A program made the position numbers and the translations under genes. Shown here piece by piece: positions 1-8,517 of a stretch of 31,757 nucleotides of DNA; the stretch's first letter is position 1; each line of letters opens with the position of its first letter. The notes under the pieces are model-generated. The model was not told the origin of the DNA, ran no database searches, and worked only from the letters and a program-made list of their open reading frames with translations. This DNA comes from Armatimonadota bacterium (GTDB lineage Bacteria; Armatimonadota; Fimbriimonadia; Fimbriimonadales; Fimbriimonadaceae). The stretch spans positions 1-31,757 of the forward strand of contig JANNJE010000474.1 in NCBI GenBank assembly GCA_031405735.1, given 5' to 3'.

Positions 1-67
1 CTTCCTTGATGGACTTAGAAAATGCAAATATGCAAGTTATAATTGAAGACTATGATACGGGTAATGA
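1..67. other. Foreign AT-rich fragment; probable contig or assembly junction at 67/68
   Basis: The minus-strand binding-protein frame reads ...VVKSVILW and then turns into SLPVS*. No minus-strand frame in 1-67 supplies the expected DLGY-like continuation, and the composition is visibly more AT-rich. Confidence 0.65.
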
Positions 68-910
68 CCAAAGAATCACGGATTTCACGACCCCATCGTT
101 CACATAGGTCCGCATGTCGTTAGGAGTGGAAAGGCCCGTGACGAAAACAGTTCCTGCCTTTCCAGCTTGCTTGATCGCCTCTGCAGCCCCAGGAAATGCA
201 ACGGAACTGATTGCGAACACGCCCTTGAGGTTTGGATACGCTTTCATCAAGTCCTGTGTCGTCGAAAAAGCCAGTTTTTGGTCCTCGTTGGAAGGCTGAG
301 TCGCGACAAGCTTAAGCCCAGGATATTTAGGAAGCCGAGCTTTCATAAATTTGATCCACTCGTTCTGGTTCGCAGCGGTCAGAGTTGCGGTGACTATTGC
401 GACTTCGCCTGTGGCACTGTCTCCCCCTAAATCCTTTGCCATCGTATCCACTAGCGCGTTGGCAATCTCTTCGGGAGTCGCTTGATTCACCAAAAACTCG
501 CGGTTGGCAGGGTCTGCATCTGCATCCCATGTGATTACTTTGATTCCGGCGTCTCTTGCCCTCTTCATTGCAGGACCTAGAACTGCGGGATCGTTGGGGG
601 AAACGGCAATAACATCCACACCTTGCGCGATCCATTGGTCAATCAGCTTCACCGCTTCGGCGGCATCGCCACTAGTTGGGCCATCGTAGATCAGTTCCAC
701 GTTTCCCAGTTCGTTTGCCGCTTCGAATGCGCCTTCCGAACAGCTTGTGAAATACGGTACGCCTTTCTTTTTCGGCAGAAGGGCAACTGTGATTTCTTTT
801 CCTGACCCGCTAGCCTGAGCATTCCCGGACGTCGCCGATGCGCCTTCATTTGAAGAGCAACCAGCTATGATAAGCGACAATGCAATGGCAATAATAGAGA
901 ACGACTTCAT
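50..910 (-). CDS. Sugar ABC transporter substrate-binding lipoprotein (RhaS/LsrB-like), C-terminally truncated at about 68
   Basis: Lipobox IIAG-C; LLPK..GVPYF, DGPT, ITWDADA and GLSTPNDMR motifs of the RhaS/LsrB periplasmic binding family. Start is ATG 910 (MKSFSII) or ATG 922. Rhamnose specificity is inferred from the GH78 neighbour. Confidence 0.85.
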   Translation of the reverse strand: MKSFSIIAIALSLIIAGCSSNEGASATSGNAQASGSGKEITVALLPKKKGVPYFTSCSEGAFEAANELGNVELIYDGPTSGDAAEAVKLIDQWIAQGVDVIAVSPNDPAVLGPAMKRARDAGIKVITWDADADPANREFLVNQATPEEIANALVDTMAKDLGGDSATGEVAIVTATLTAANQNEWIKFMKARLPKYPGLKLVATQPSNEDQKLAFSTTQDLMKAYPNLKGVFAISSVAFPGAAEAIKQAGKAGTVFVTGLSTPNDMRTYVNDGVVKSVILWSLPVS

Positions 911-911
911 A

Positions 912-1847
912 TCAATTCCCATTTTGCGCTAAAACTGGTTTTCGGCGGATGGCAATGAGTTGGTCGAATACCACAGTTAGAATCAGGAGCGACCCAATTA
1001 CAATCAAATTCAGCTCGCTTTGCTTCCAATGCCAGCTTACAAACTCGCGAGTTTCGTGAATCAGAACAAGACCCAGTATTAGGCCGAGAACACGCCCCCT
1101 TCCTCCATGGATGCTGGCTCCACCCAATACAACGGCCGTAATGGCTTCAAGCTCCATCCCCATTCCGAGGTCGGCTTTGGCTGTATTGTTTCGAGCGATC
1201 AAGAGGATTGCTGCGATTCCGCAAGAAAGTCCAGAAAACGAGTAGAGCCAAAATTTCACTCGGTCAACTGGGATTTTGGAATATCGGCTCACGTTTTCTT
1301 CCATGCCGATGGCTACAATCCATCGGCCAAATCTCATTCGTCCTAATACGAAAAAAGCCCCAGCCGCGAGGACTGCAAAAGCAATAAATGGAATTGCACC
1401 AGTTGAAATCGCCAAAAACGATTCTGGATATCCCGAAAGCGGCCGTGCGAGGCTGATTCCTTCGGCAATTCCGCGAAACAGGGACATCGTTGCCAATGTC
1501 ACTAGCAAGGGATGCACCCGCGTTCGAGAGACAAAAATGCCGTTTGTCGCTCCGGCAAGAATTCCAACAATAATCCCGCAAAGCGAACTCAAATAGATAT
1601 TCATTCCGCGTTCAAACAGCAGTCCTGTAGCAACGGCGCATAGGGCGACCATTGCCCCGATTGACAAGTCAATTCCCGCCGTCATGATGATAAGTAGCAT
1701 CGGAACGGCCACAATGGCAAGTTCCCAAGAGTGCCCGGCGAGCAGAGCCTGAGCACGAATAGTGGTGAATCTCGGCTCGACAAAGTAGGCAAAACCGAGC
1801 AACATTGCGATTGCTAAGGCGAGAGTCGCCTCGCGAGTCCATTTCAT
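912..1847 (-). CDS. Sugar ABC transporter permease (RbsC/RhaQ family)
   Basis: AGIDLSIG, LVTLATM and MELEAITAVVLGGASIHGGRG motifs. Start moved to ATG 1847 (MKWTREA), which forms an ATGA overlap with the upstream stop at 1844-1846. Confidence 0.92.
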   Translation of the reverse strand: MKWTREATLALAIAMLLGFAYFVEPRFTTIRAQALLAGHSWELAIVAVPMLLIIMTAGIDLSIGAMVALCAVATGLLFERGMNIYLSSLCGIIVGILAGATNGIFVSRTRVHPLLVTLATMSLFRGIAEGISLARPLSGYPESFLAISTGAIPFIAFAVLAAGAFFVLGRMRFGRWIVAIGMEENVSRYSKIPVDRVKFWLYSFSGLSCGIAAILLIARNNTAKADLGMGMELEAITAVVLGGASIHGGRGRVLGLILGLVLIHETREFVSWHWKQSELNLIVIGSLLILTVVFDQLIAIRRKPVLAQNGN

Positions 1848-4249
1848 GCCGATTTTCCCTTCCGCCAAAAGTGATCGCCCAAAACCGCGAGCAGAATCAG
1901 CCCGCCTTGAATTGCCCTTTCCCAATAGATTGCCGATTCACCGAGTTTAAGAAATATGAGAACCGTCGAGATCATGCCGAGCAGAATTGCACCGAGTACC
2001 GTGCCAAAAACCGAGCCTTGTCCGCCGCGAATCGAAGTTCCGCCAACAATTACCGAAGCGATCACGGCCAATTCGAATCCTGAACCAAAGCCAGATTCAA
2101 TCACCTGCAGTTGGGTCGCCCCAAAGAGCGCTGCGACTCCACAGGCCAGCCCAATCAGGGCAAATACACCAATGCGAATACGAGTTGACGGAACGCCGCG
2201 CAAAGCTGCAGCGTCTGGGTTGCTTCCAATGGCGAAAACGCGCAGTCCAAACGATGTCCGTTTAGTAATCCAGATTCCTGCAGAAACTGCTACCAAAGCG
2301 ATCCAAATGGAGTAAGGCACGTTGAGAAATGCTCCTGTGCCGAACTGGCGAAGCCCATTTGGCAAATTTTCAATCCACTTTCCACCCATGAGCAATTCCG
2401 TCACTCCTTTTAGAATTGTCAGCATCCCTAATGTCACAATGATTGATGGAATCTTTGCCTTTGAAACAAGTATTCCGTTGAGTATTCCGCCGATTATCCC
2501 GGCTCCCAAGCACATTCCAACTCCAACGAAAATTGGCAATCTCATACGGTCCGTTGAGCAAGCAATTCCAAGGACGACGGCACAAAGTCCCATCAATGAT
2601 CCTATTGAAATATCAATTTCGCGGGCGAGGATCACCAGCGTCATCATGGAGCCGACGATCAAAACAGGTGCAGTTTTGACCAGAATGTCGGATAAATTTG
2701 TCCAAGATAGAAACGAAGGATTTACGAGAGCGGCAATAGCACCGACCAGCAAAATTAAGGTCGCGACTACTGTTTCCTGTGAAATCCAGCTTCTCGAATT
2801 CGTATTGACGGCAACTTGAGAGGCACTTTCAATCGGTAGAGCAAGTTCCAAAATGGCTTCTTGGGTAGCTTCTGCGCCAGAAATTTCTCCTGAAATCGTT
2901 CCTTGGCGCATGACCAAAATTCGGTCCGCCAAAGACAGCACTTCGGGCATATCCGAAGAAATTACAAGCACCGCGCCGCCTGATTCTGCAAATTTATGAA
3001 TCAGCTTGTGAATTTGCTCCTTGGCACCGACATCCACTCCTCGAGTGGGTTCGTCGAGGACTAGATTGTCTGGATCGGTTGCCAGCCATTTGGCGAGAAG
3101 CACTTTTTGCTGATTTCCGCCTGAAAGCGATGACACCAGGTTCATATCAGATTCAGTCTTGATAGAGAGGCTTTCAATCTGACTTTCAGATACAAGCTTT
3201 TCTAAATCCCTTTGAATCAGGGGCCGATCTTGGAGTGCCATTGCGATGTTCTCGCGAATGTTGAGCTGCGTATGCAGCCCTTCGTGTTGGCGGTCTTCTG
3301 GTACAAATGCGGCACCATTTGCGCCTAGAATCTCTCCGGAATCGAGCTTATCAAGTCCAAAAATCGCTCTCGCAACTTCCGACCTTCCTGCCCCTACGAG
3401 TCCAGTGAGTGCTACGATTTCGCCCTTGCGCAAATTGAAGCTGACGTCTTCATACGAGCCTGACTTGCAAAGGTTCGTTACTACCAATTCTGGTGCTCCG
3501 AACGTTTTTGTTTGCCGAATAGCAGAGTCAATCGTCCTTCCGACCATGAGCTTTATCAGCTCTTCGCGGTTCGTTTCACAAGTAATTTTTGTGGCAACTT
3601 TTCTTCCGTCACGAAGAACGGTCACTCGGTCTGAAAGCAAGAAAACCTCATCGAGCCGGTGCGTGACGTAAAGAACCGCGACGCCTCTCTCTCTCATCGA
3701 ACGGATTGCGGCAAAAAGAGCTTCTGATTCTCTCGCCGAAAGCGATGACGTTGGTTCGTCTAGGATCAAAAGCCTACAATCGCTTGAAAGCGTACGAGCG
3801 ATCGCAACTATTTGCCTTTGCGCGACGCTTCGATCCAAAAGTGGCCTGTCTACATCGAATTCTTCGCCTATGGATTTAAGAGAGCTAAGAGTCCTTTTTC
3901 GCATTTCATTGCGGTCAATCCAAATGCCACACGCCATGCTCGGCTCGCGCATGATCTCGTGGTTTTCGATTGCGCTTAAGTGTAGAAATGCGGCAGATTC
4001 CTGGTGAACCATCGAAATTCCGTTGGCTTCCGAATCCTTTACAGACCCAAATTTTAGCGGTTTGCCGTCAAGAAGTACAACTCCTGAATCGGGCACCACT
4101 GAACCGGCGAGGATTCGGTTAAGCGTGGATTTGCCAGCCCCGTTCTCACCGCATATCGCGTGAACTTCTCCAGCTCGAATCTCTAAGTCAATTTCGCATA
4201 GAGCGAGCGTCCCATCATAATGCTTCGAGACGCCGCGAAGCTCGATCAT
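1844..4249 (-). CDS. Fused sugar ABC ATP-binding protein (two NBDs, RbsA type) plus permease (RbsC type)
   Basis: Walker A GENGAGKS, LDEPTSSL, LSGGNQQK and LDEPTRGVD in the first ~470 aa, followed in frame by a permease with EIDISIGS, IVTLGM and IASVIVGGTSIRGGQG. Confidence 0.92.
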   Translation of the reverse strand: MIELRGVSKHYDGTLALCEIDLEIRAGEVHAICGENGAGKSTLNRILAGSVVPDSGVVLLDGKPLKFGSVKDSEANGISMVHQESAAFLHLSAIENHEIMREPSMACGIWIDRNEMRKRTLSSLKSIGEEFDVDRPLLDRSVAQRQIVAIARTLSSDCRLLILDEPTSSLSARESEALFAAIRSMRERGVAVLYVTHRLDEVFLLSDRVTVLRDGRKVATKITCETNREELIKLMVGRTIDSAIRQTKTFGAPELVVTNLCKSGSYEDVSFNLRKGEIVALTGLVGAGRSEVARAIFGLDKLDSGEILGANGAAFVPEDRQHEGLHTQLNIRENIAMALQDRPLIQRDLEKLVSESQIESLSIKTESDMNLVSSLSGGNQQKVLLAKWLATDPDNLVLDEPTRGVDVGAKEQIHKLIHKFAESGGAVLVISSDMPEVLSLADRILVMRQGTISGEISGAEATQEAILELALPIESASQVAVNTNSRSWISQETVVATLILLVGAIAALVNPSFLSWTNLSDILVKTAPVLIVGSMMTLVILAREIDISIGSLMGLCAVVLGIACSTDRMRLPIFVGVGMCLGAGIIGGILNGILVSKAKIPSIIVTLGMLTILKGVTELLMGGKWIENLPNGLRQFGTGAFLNVPYSIWIALVAVSAGIWITKRTSFGLRVFAIGSNPDAAALRGVPSTRIRIGVFALIGLACGVAALFGATQLQVIESGFGSGFELAVIASVIVGGTSIRGGQGSVFGTVLGAILLGMISTVLIFLKLGESAIYWERAIQGGLILLAVLGDHFWRKGKSA

Positions 4250-7200
4250 CGTGCAAGACTGCTCCGAAACGTGTATTCACCAGAGCCAACTTTTTCAATC
4301 GAACCACCAGGTACATGAATTTCAGCCGTAACGTTGGGCGGGATTACAACCCTCATTGTTAAGGCAGTGCCGTTCTTTCGCCATTCCGACACAATCGTTC
4401 CTCGCACAGACTCATATGACGATCTTAACCACTTCAAATTAGGGTCAATTTGTGGCGCAATTTTCACGGTTTTAAATCCAGGATCAAGGTTTGTTATTCC
4501 AGCAGGTTGAGCGAAAATCCAACCTACTACGGCTCCGAAAGCATAGTGGGCAAACGAATTCATTCCTGGGTCTTGGAATCCTTTGTCTGGTGTCCACCCA
4601 TCCCATCGTTCCCAAATGCTAGTCGCTCCATTTTCAATCGTAAATCCCCACCTTGGGAAAGTCTTATTGTGAAGCAGACGGAATGCCACATCGTTTCTTC
4701 CGATTTTGCTGAGTACATGCATGATGTCGCGAGTGCCGACAAATCCGGTTGAAAGATGCCAGCCTTTGCTTTCTATTCGAGCCACGAGGTGCGATGCGGC
4801 TTTGGCAGCCATATCCTTTTCAAGCAGATCGAAACCAAGCGCGAGAACGTAAGCGCATTGAGAATCGCCGCTGACCTTGCCATCTGGCGTTGTATAGGCT
4901 CCCTGGAAGGCACGCCTGACCCTTCGGTAGAGCGTTTCATATTCCAAACCATCTTCAACCTTTCCAAGCGCATATGCGGCTTGCGAGAGGATTCGTGCGC
5001 TGCCAGCAAAATAGGCTTCATAAATCACTTCGTTTGGAGTCGGATCATTGATGTTGACCCAATCTCCAAAAGCGTGAAACTCTTTTGGCGGTAAGAGATC
5101 TGGCGTAGACCGCTTTCTGCAAAATTCGACAAAGCGTTTCATCGAGGGATAGTGCCTTTCGAGCAGTTGGCGGTCGCCATATACATCGTAAATCGTCCAC
5201 GGGCATATCACGCCCGCATCCGCCCAAGCTGGGCCCCCATCTGATCCAGCCACTTTTACGGGGGCTACCATAGGGAACTGCCCGTCCTCTCGCTGACTGT
5301 CATCCAATGCGACGAGCCACTTTGTAAAGAACGGTTGAACATCGTTCAGGTAAGTTGCAGTGCGAATATATGCCTGAGCATCGCCCGTCCAACCTAGTCT
5401 TTCGTCTCTTTGCGGACAATCGGTGGGAATATCTATGAAGTTCATTGCTTGAGTCCACCAAGCATTCTTCACTAGCCGGTTGATCATCGGGTCGCTGGTT
5501 TCGATGGTGCCAGCATTTGGCGTGTCGCTGCTAACAGCTACGCCAACCACTTCATCTTTAGTTGGACGGCGCCCGAGTCCCGTCACTTCGACGTATTGGA
5601 AACCATGGAACGTGAAGCTTGGTGACCAAGTTTCTGTACCTTCACCACGGCAGATATAGGTGTCTGTAGCCTTCGCCCCACGAAGATTGACTGTGTAAAT
5701 GTTGCCGTCGGGGCTTAATCGTTCGGCAAACCGCAAGACGATTTCTTGCCCCCTACGGCCTTTAAGTTTGAGGCGTGCAAAACCTGCAATGTTTTGTCCT
5801 AGATTGAGTACATAGACTCCAGGTTTGGGCTGCGTGATCGTCTTGGCTTGCAAAACGGCGATTTCTCTAACTGGTTGTCCTGGAAATGGTTCAATAGTGG
5901 TCTGAAAGTCGTTTCCGACATCAACTGGCTTCCAAAGAGTAAAAGTTCCGACTTTCACAAAATGAGCTGGTTTACGGAAATTAGGCTGATCCCATTCTTT
6001 CAATTCGTTAGTAGCATTGTAAGTCTCTCCCATCAGAAAGTCAGAGAATATTATCGGCCCGGTGCTGGCTTTCCAATCCTTCGAGGTTCCAATTGTTTCG
6101 GTAGTCCCATCTGCGTAATTCACTACTATCTGCGCTTTGGCTCTCAATTTCGTTCCGTAATGGTCGCGCCTTCCACCATAGCCAACATATCCTGAAAACC
6201 ACCCGTCTCCGAGCACGATCCCTATGGCATTTTCGCCTTGCCAGAGTTGCTTGGTCACGTCGTAGCTGCAAGCATACGTGCGCTTGGCATAGTCGCTCCA
6301 GCCTGGCATGAAGTAGTCGCTGCCAACTTTTTGGCCGTTCAGGTGCATTTCGAAGATTCCAAGAGCTGTGCCGTGCAGGGTTGCGCTCTTGATTGGCTTG
6401 GAAAGTGTGAATTCATTTCTAAGCAGGCGAGGTGAAGGCAAGACTAGAGCTTGATTGATCCGGCCCCATGGATTTGCCCCGTAGGTTGCGACTTCCCTTG
6501 CTGCCCGAAAAGGGCCATCTTTGGTCGGAGCAGCAGTCCACTCGCTATTCGTACGAATAGCAATGGGGTCTGCGGTCGCATTTTCGATGTTCAATACTGC
6601 CAACAAGCCTGCGTCGCCGCCCGTATCTTCCACTTGCACTCGAATTTGGTTTTCTCCCCTAACCACACTTTTCGAAATGTCAATTTCCACTGGCTTTCGC
6701 CACGAATCAGTTTCTCTGCTGCTTCGGTGAACCTCTGCATTGTTCAACGTAACAACAAAGTGATCATCGGCTGTGATATTAAGCTTAGCCTTCAAAGGAA
6801 CTCTGTCAACGGAAAAGACTTTTCGAAACTCAACAATCTTTACTCCAGAGGCACCCCATATCCATTTTGCGCCTTCAAAGGGATCGTTAGTCTTCAAAGC
6901 ATTTCGAGGCTCATCAAATCCTATCCAGTCCGCCTTCCAGTCGCTCTCTTTAAGCAAGCCTATTCCAAATCTGGCAGGCGGACTCCACTGCGAGACATAT
7001 CCATCTTGATCAACGATCTGAACTCTCCACCAGCAGCGCTCATTCGAACCCAGCGGTTTTCCTTTATACGTGACGCCGATGGTTTCGTCCGAGCGAATGA
7101 CTCCACTATCCCACAGGTCGGCTTTTGTTTCGGAAAGAGATTTTGGATCAGTTGCGACCAGTATTCGGTAAGCCGTCTGACTCAAGTTCTGCCCTCCTGC

Positions 7201-7338
7201 CGTCGCGCCAACTTTCCAGCTAAGTTTTGGAAAAGCCGTCCCTATTCCAACAGGGTCTGTTAGAGATTCGCATCGAAGCTGAATCGGTTCGACGCTAGAA
7301 CCCGACATAATCAGTACACCAAATAATGAAGCTAACAT
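4246..7338 (-). CDS. Alpha-L-rhamnosidase (GH78), probably exported
   Basis: PTDCPQRDERLGWTGDAQ catalytic motif, LSTGFVGT and TSIWERWDG...MNSFAHY. Likely start ATG 7338 (MLASLF) or 7350; the longer ORF-track start overlaps waaF. ATGA overlap with the next gene at 4246-4249. Confidence 0.93.
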   Translation of the reverse strand: MLASLFGVLIMSGSSVEPIQLRCESLTDPVGIGTAFPKLSWKVGATAGGQNLSQTAYRILVATDPKSLSETKADLWDSGVIRSDETIGVTYKGKPLGSNERCWWRVQIVDQDGYVSQWSPPARFGIGLLKESDWKADWIGFDEPRNALKTNDPFEGAKWIWGASGVKIVEFRKVFSVDRVPLKAKLNITADDHFVVTLNNAEVHRSSRETDSWRKPVEIDISKSVVRGENQIRVQVEDTGGDAGLLAVLNIENATADPIAIRTNSEWTAAPTKDGPFRAAREVATYGANPWGRINQALVLPSPRLLRNEFTLSKPIKSATLHGTALGIFEMHLNGQKVGSDYFMPGWSDYAKRTYACSYDVTKQLWQGENAIGIVLGDGWFSGYVGYGGRRDHYGTKLRAKAQIVVNYADGTTETIGTSKDWKASTGPIIFSDFLMGETYNATNELKEWDQPNFRKPAHFVKVGTFTLWKPVDVGNDFQTTIEPFPGQPVREIAVLQAKTITQPKPGVYVLNLGQNIAGFARLKLKGRRGQEIVLRFAERLSPDGNIYTVNLRGAKATDTYICRGEGTETWSPSFTFHGFQYVEVTGLGRRPTKDEVVGVAVSSDTPNAGTIETSDPMINRLVKNAWWTQAMNFIDIPTDCPQRDERLGWTGDAQAYIRTATYLNDVQPFFTKWLVALDDSQREDGQFPMVAPVKVAGSDGGPAWADAGVICPWTIYDVYGDRQLLERHYPSMKRFVEFCRKRSTPDLLPPKEFHAFGDWVNINDPTPNEVIYEAYFAGSARILSQAAYALGKVEDGLEYETLYRRVRRAFQGAYTTPDGKVSGDSQCAYVLALGFDLLEKDMAAKAASHLVARIESKGWHLSTGFVGTRDIMHVLSKIGRNDVAFRLLHNKTFPRWGFTIENGATSIWERWDGWTPDKGFQDPGMNSFAHYAFGAVVGWIFAQPAGITNLDPGFKTVKIAPQIDPNLKWLRSSYESVRGTIVSEWRKNGTALTMRVVIPPNVTAEIHVPGGSIEKVGSGEYTFRSSLAR

Positions 7339-7422
7339 ATCATTCAGCATTCTACTTGACGTTTTCCGTTGGAACATCAATGAACTTGACGATTCTTCCC
7401 TTGTGTTAAATCTGGAGTCAAA

Positions 7423-8433
7423 GTGAAGATACTTGTCGTTGCTCCTAGGTGGGTGGGAGACGCTGTGCTGAGCCAAAGCCTTTTGAAGTTGCTTCGAAAA
7501 CGGCATCCGACAGCCACAATTGAAGCATTGGCATCGCCTTTAATTGCACCGTTATTTTCGTTTATGCCAGAAGTTGACTGTTGCTTAGAACTGTCAACAT
7601 CGAGCGGCAAAGTTGACTTATTGCAGCGGATCAAAATGGCATTTCAAGTTCGAAAACGCCGCTATGATTGGGCAATTGTCATGCCGGGCTCGTTCAAATC
7701 AGCAATCGTGCCTTGGCTGGCTAGAGTACCCAGGCGCACAGGAACAACACATGAGTTTCGCACTTGGCTAATCAACGATCCTAAGGTCGCCGACATTGCC
7801 AAATTTCTTCTCTCGATTGACCGCGCCAGTTTGCTTGGCTTAGACAAAAACGAAGAACAGCCGCCAGGATTTTCAGAAAGGCCGAGTTTTGTTTGCGATG
7901 AGGACAAGGTCGCTCGAACCATCCAAGAATTTGGAATCGTTGCCGAATCACAGAAATTCATTGCCCTTGTGCCAGGTTCAGAAGGGGGCGAAGCAAAGCG
8001 CTGGCCGACCGAGCACTATGCTGAGGCCGCCAACCTGCTTTTGGCGGAGGGCTTTCAGGTTCTAATCATTGGTTCTTCAAAGGAAGTTGATATCGCTCAA
8101 TCCATTCAACTTTCAACCCGGAACCAGTGCCTCGATTTATGTGGAAAAACGTCGCTTGAACAAGCCGTCCACATACTGAGTGTAGCAAGCAGCGTTGTTT
8201 GCAATGACTCTGGACTGATGCACGTAGCCGCTGCACTAAACAAACCCATTGTAGCGATTTATGGCCCGACCCATGCAGATCACACGCCACCGCTCTCGGA
8301 CATGGCACAAGTCATCAGCCTCGGGCTTCCATGTTCGCCATGCTATGAAAGGAATTGCCCGCTTGGACATCATGATTGCATGAGACAAATTACTGCGGCA
8401 ACTGTCGTCGAGCAAGTAAGGGCGACTCTTTAG
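7423..8433 (+). CDS. waaF: Lipopolysaccharide heptosyltransferase II (GT9)
   Basis: MKILVVAPRWVGDAVLSQSL N-terminus, AKRWP, NDSGLMHVAAAL and C-terminal CSPC...CPLGHHDC. GGAG lies 5 nt before the GTG start. Confidence 0.9.
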   Translation: MKILVVAPRWVGDAVLSQSLLKLLRKRHPTATIEALASPLIAPLFSFMPEVDCCLELSTSSGKVDLLQRIKMAFQVRKRRYDWAIVMPGSFKSAIVPWLARVPRRTGTTHEFRTWLINDPKVADIAKFLLSIDRASLLGLDKNEEQPPGFSERPSFVCDEDKVARTIQEFGIVAESQKFIALVPGSEGGEAKRWPTEHYAEAANLLLAEGFQVLIIGSSKEVDIAQSIQLSTRNQCLDLCGKTSLEQAVHILSVASSVVCNDSGLMHVAAALNKPIVAIYGPTHADHTPPLSDMAQVISLGLPCSPCYERNCPLGHHDCMRQITAATVVEQVRATL

Positions 8434-8467
8434 CCCTAATGTTGAACCGAATACCAAATCCCAACGC

Positions 8468-8503
8468 AATAAAAAGCAGCCCCAAATGAACACTTGGGGC
8501 CGC
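8468..8503 (-). terminator. Rho-independent terminator of the 8518-10812 gene
   Basis: On the minus strand: GCGGCCCCAA, 8-nt loop, TTGGGGCTGC, then TTTTTATT, 14 nt after the stop codon. Confidence 0.75.
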
Positions 8504-8517
8504 TAAAGGTTCCTGGA

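Noticed and set aside
50-4249. Calling the ABC operon an AI-2 (Lsr) importer
   Set aside because: The binding protein is LsrB/RhaS-like, but it is coupled to a GH78 rhamnosidase and no lsrK or lsrR is present, so sugar uptake is more parsimonious.
6451-7263. 270-aa plus-strand ORF
   Set aside because: Antisense shadow of the GH78 gene with no protein-like features.
7339-7506. ORF-track N-terminal extension of the rhamnosidase
   Set aside because: It overlaps the divergent waaF start and does not look protein-like; ATG 7338 or 7350 fits better.
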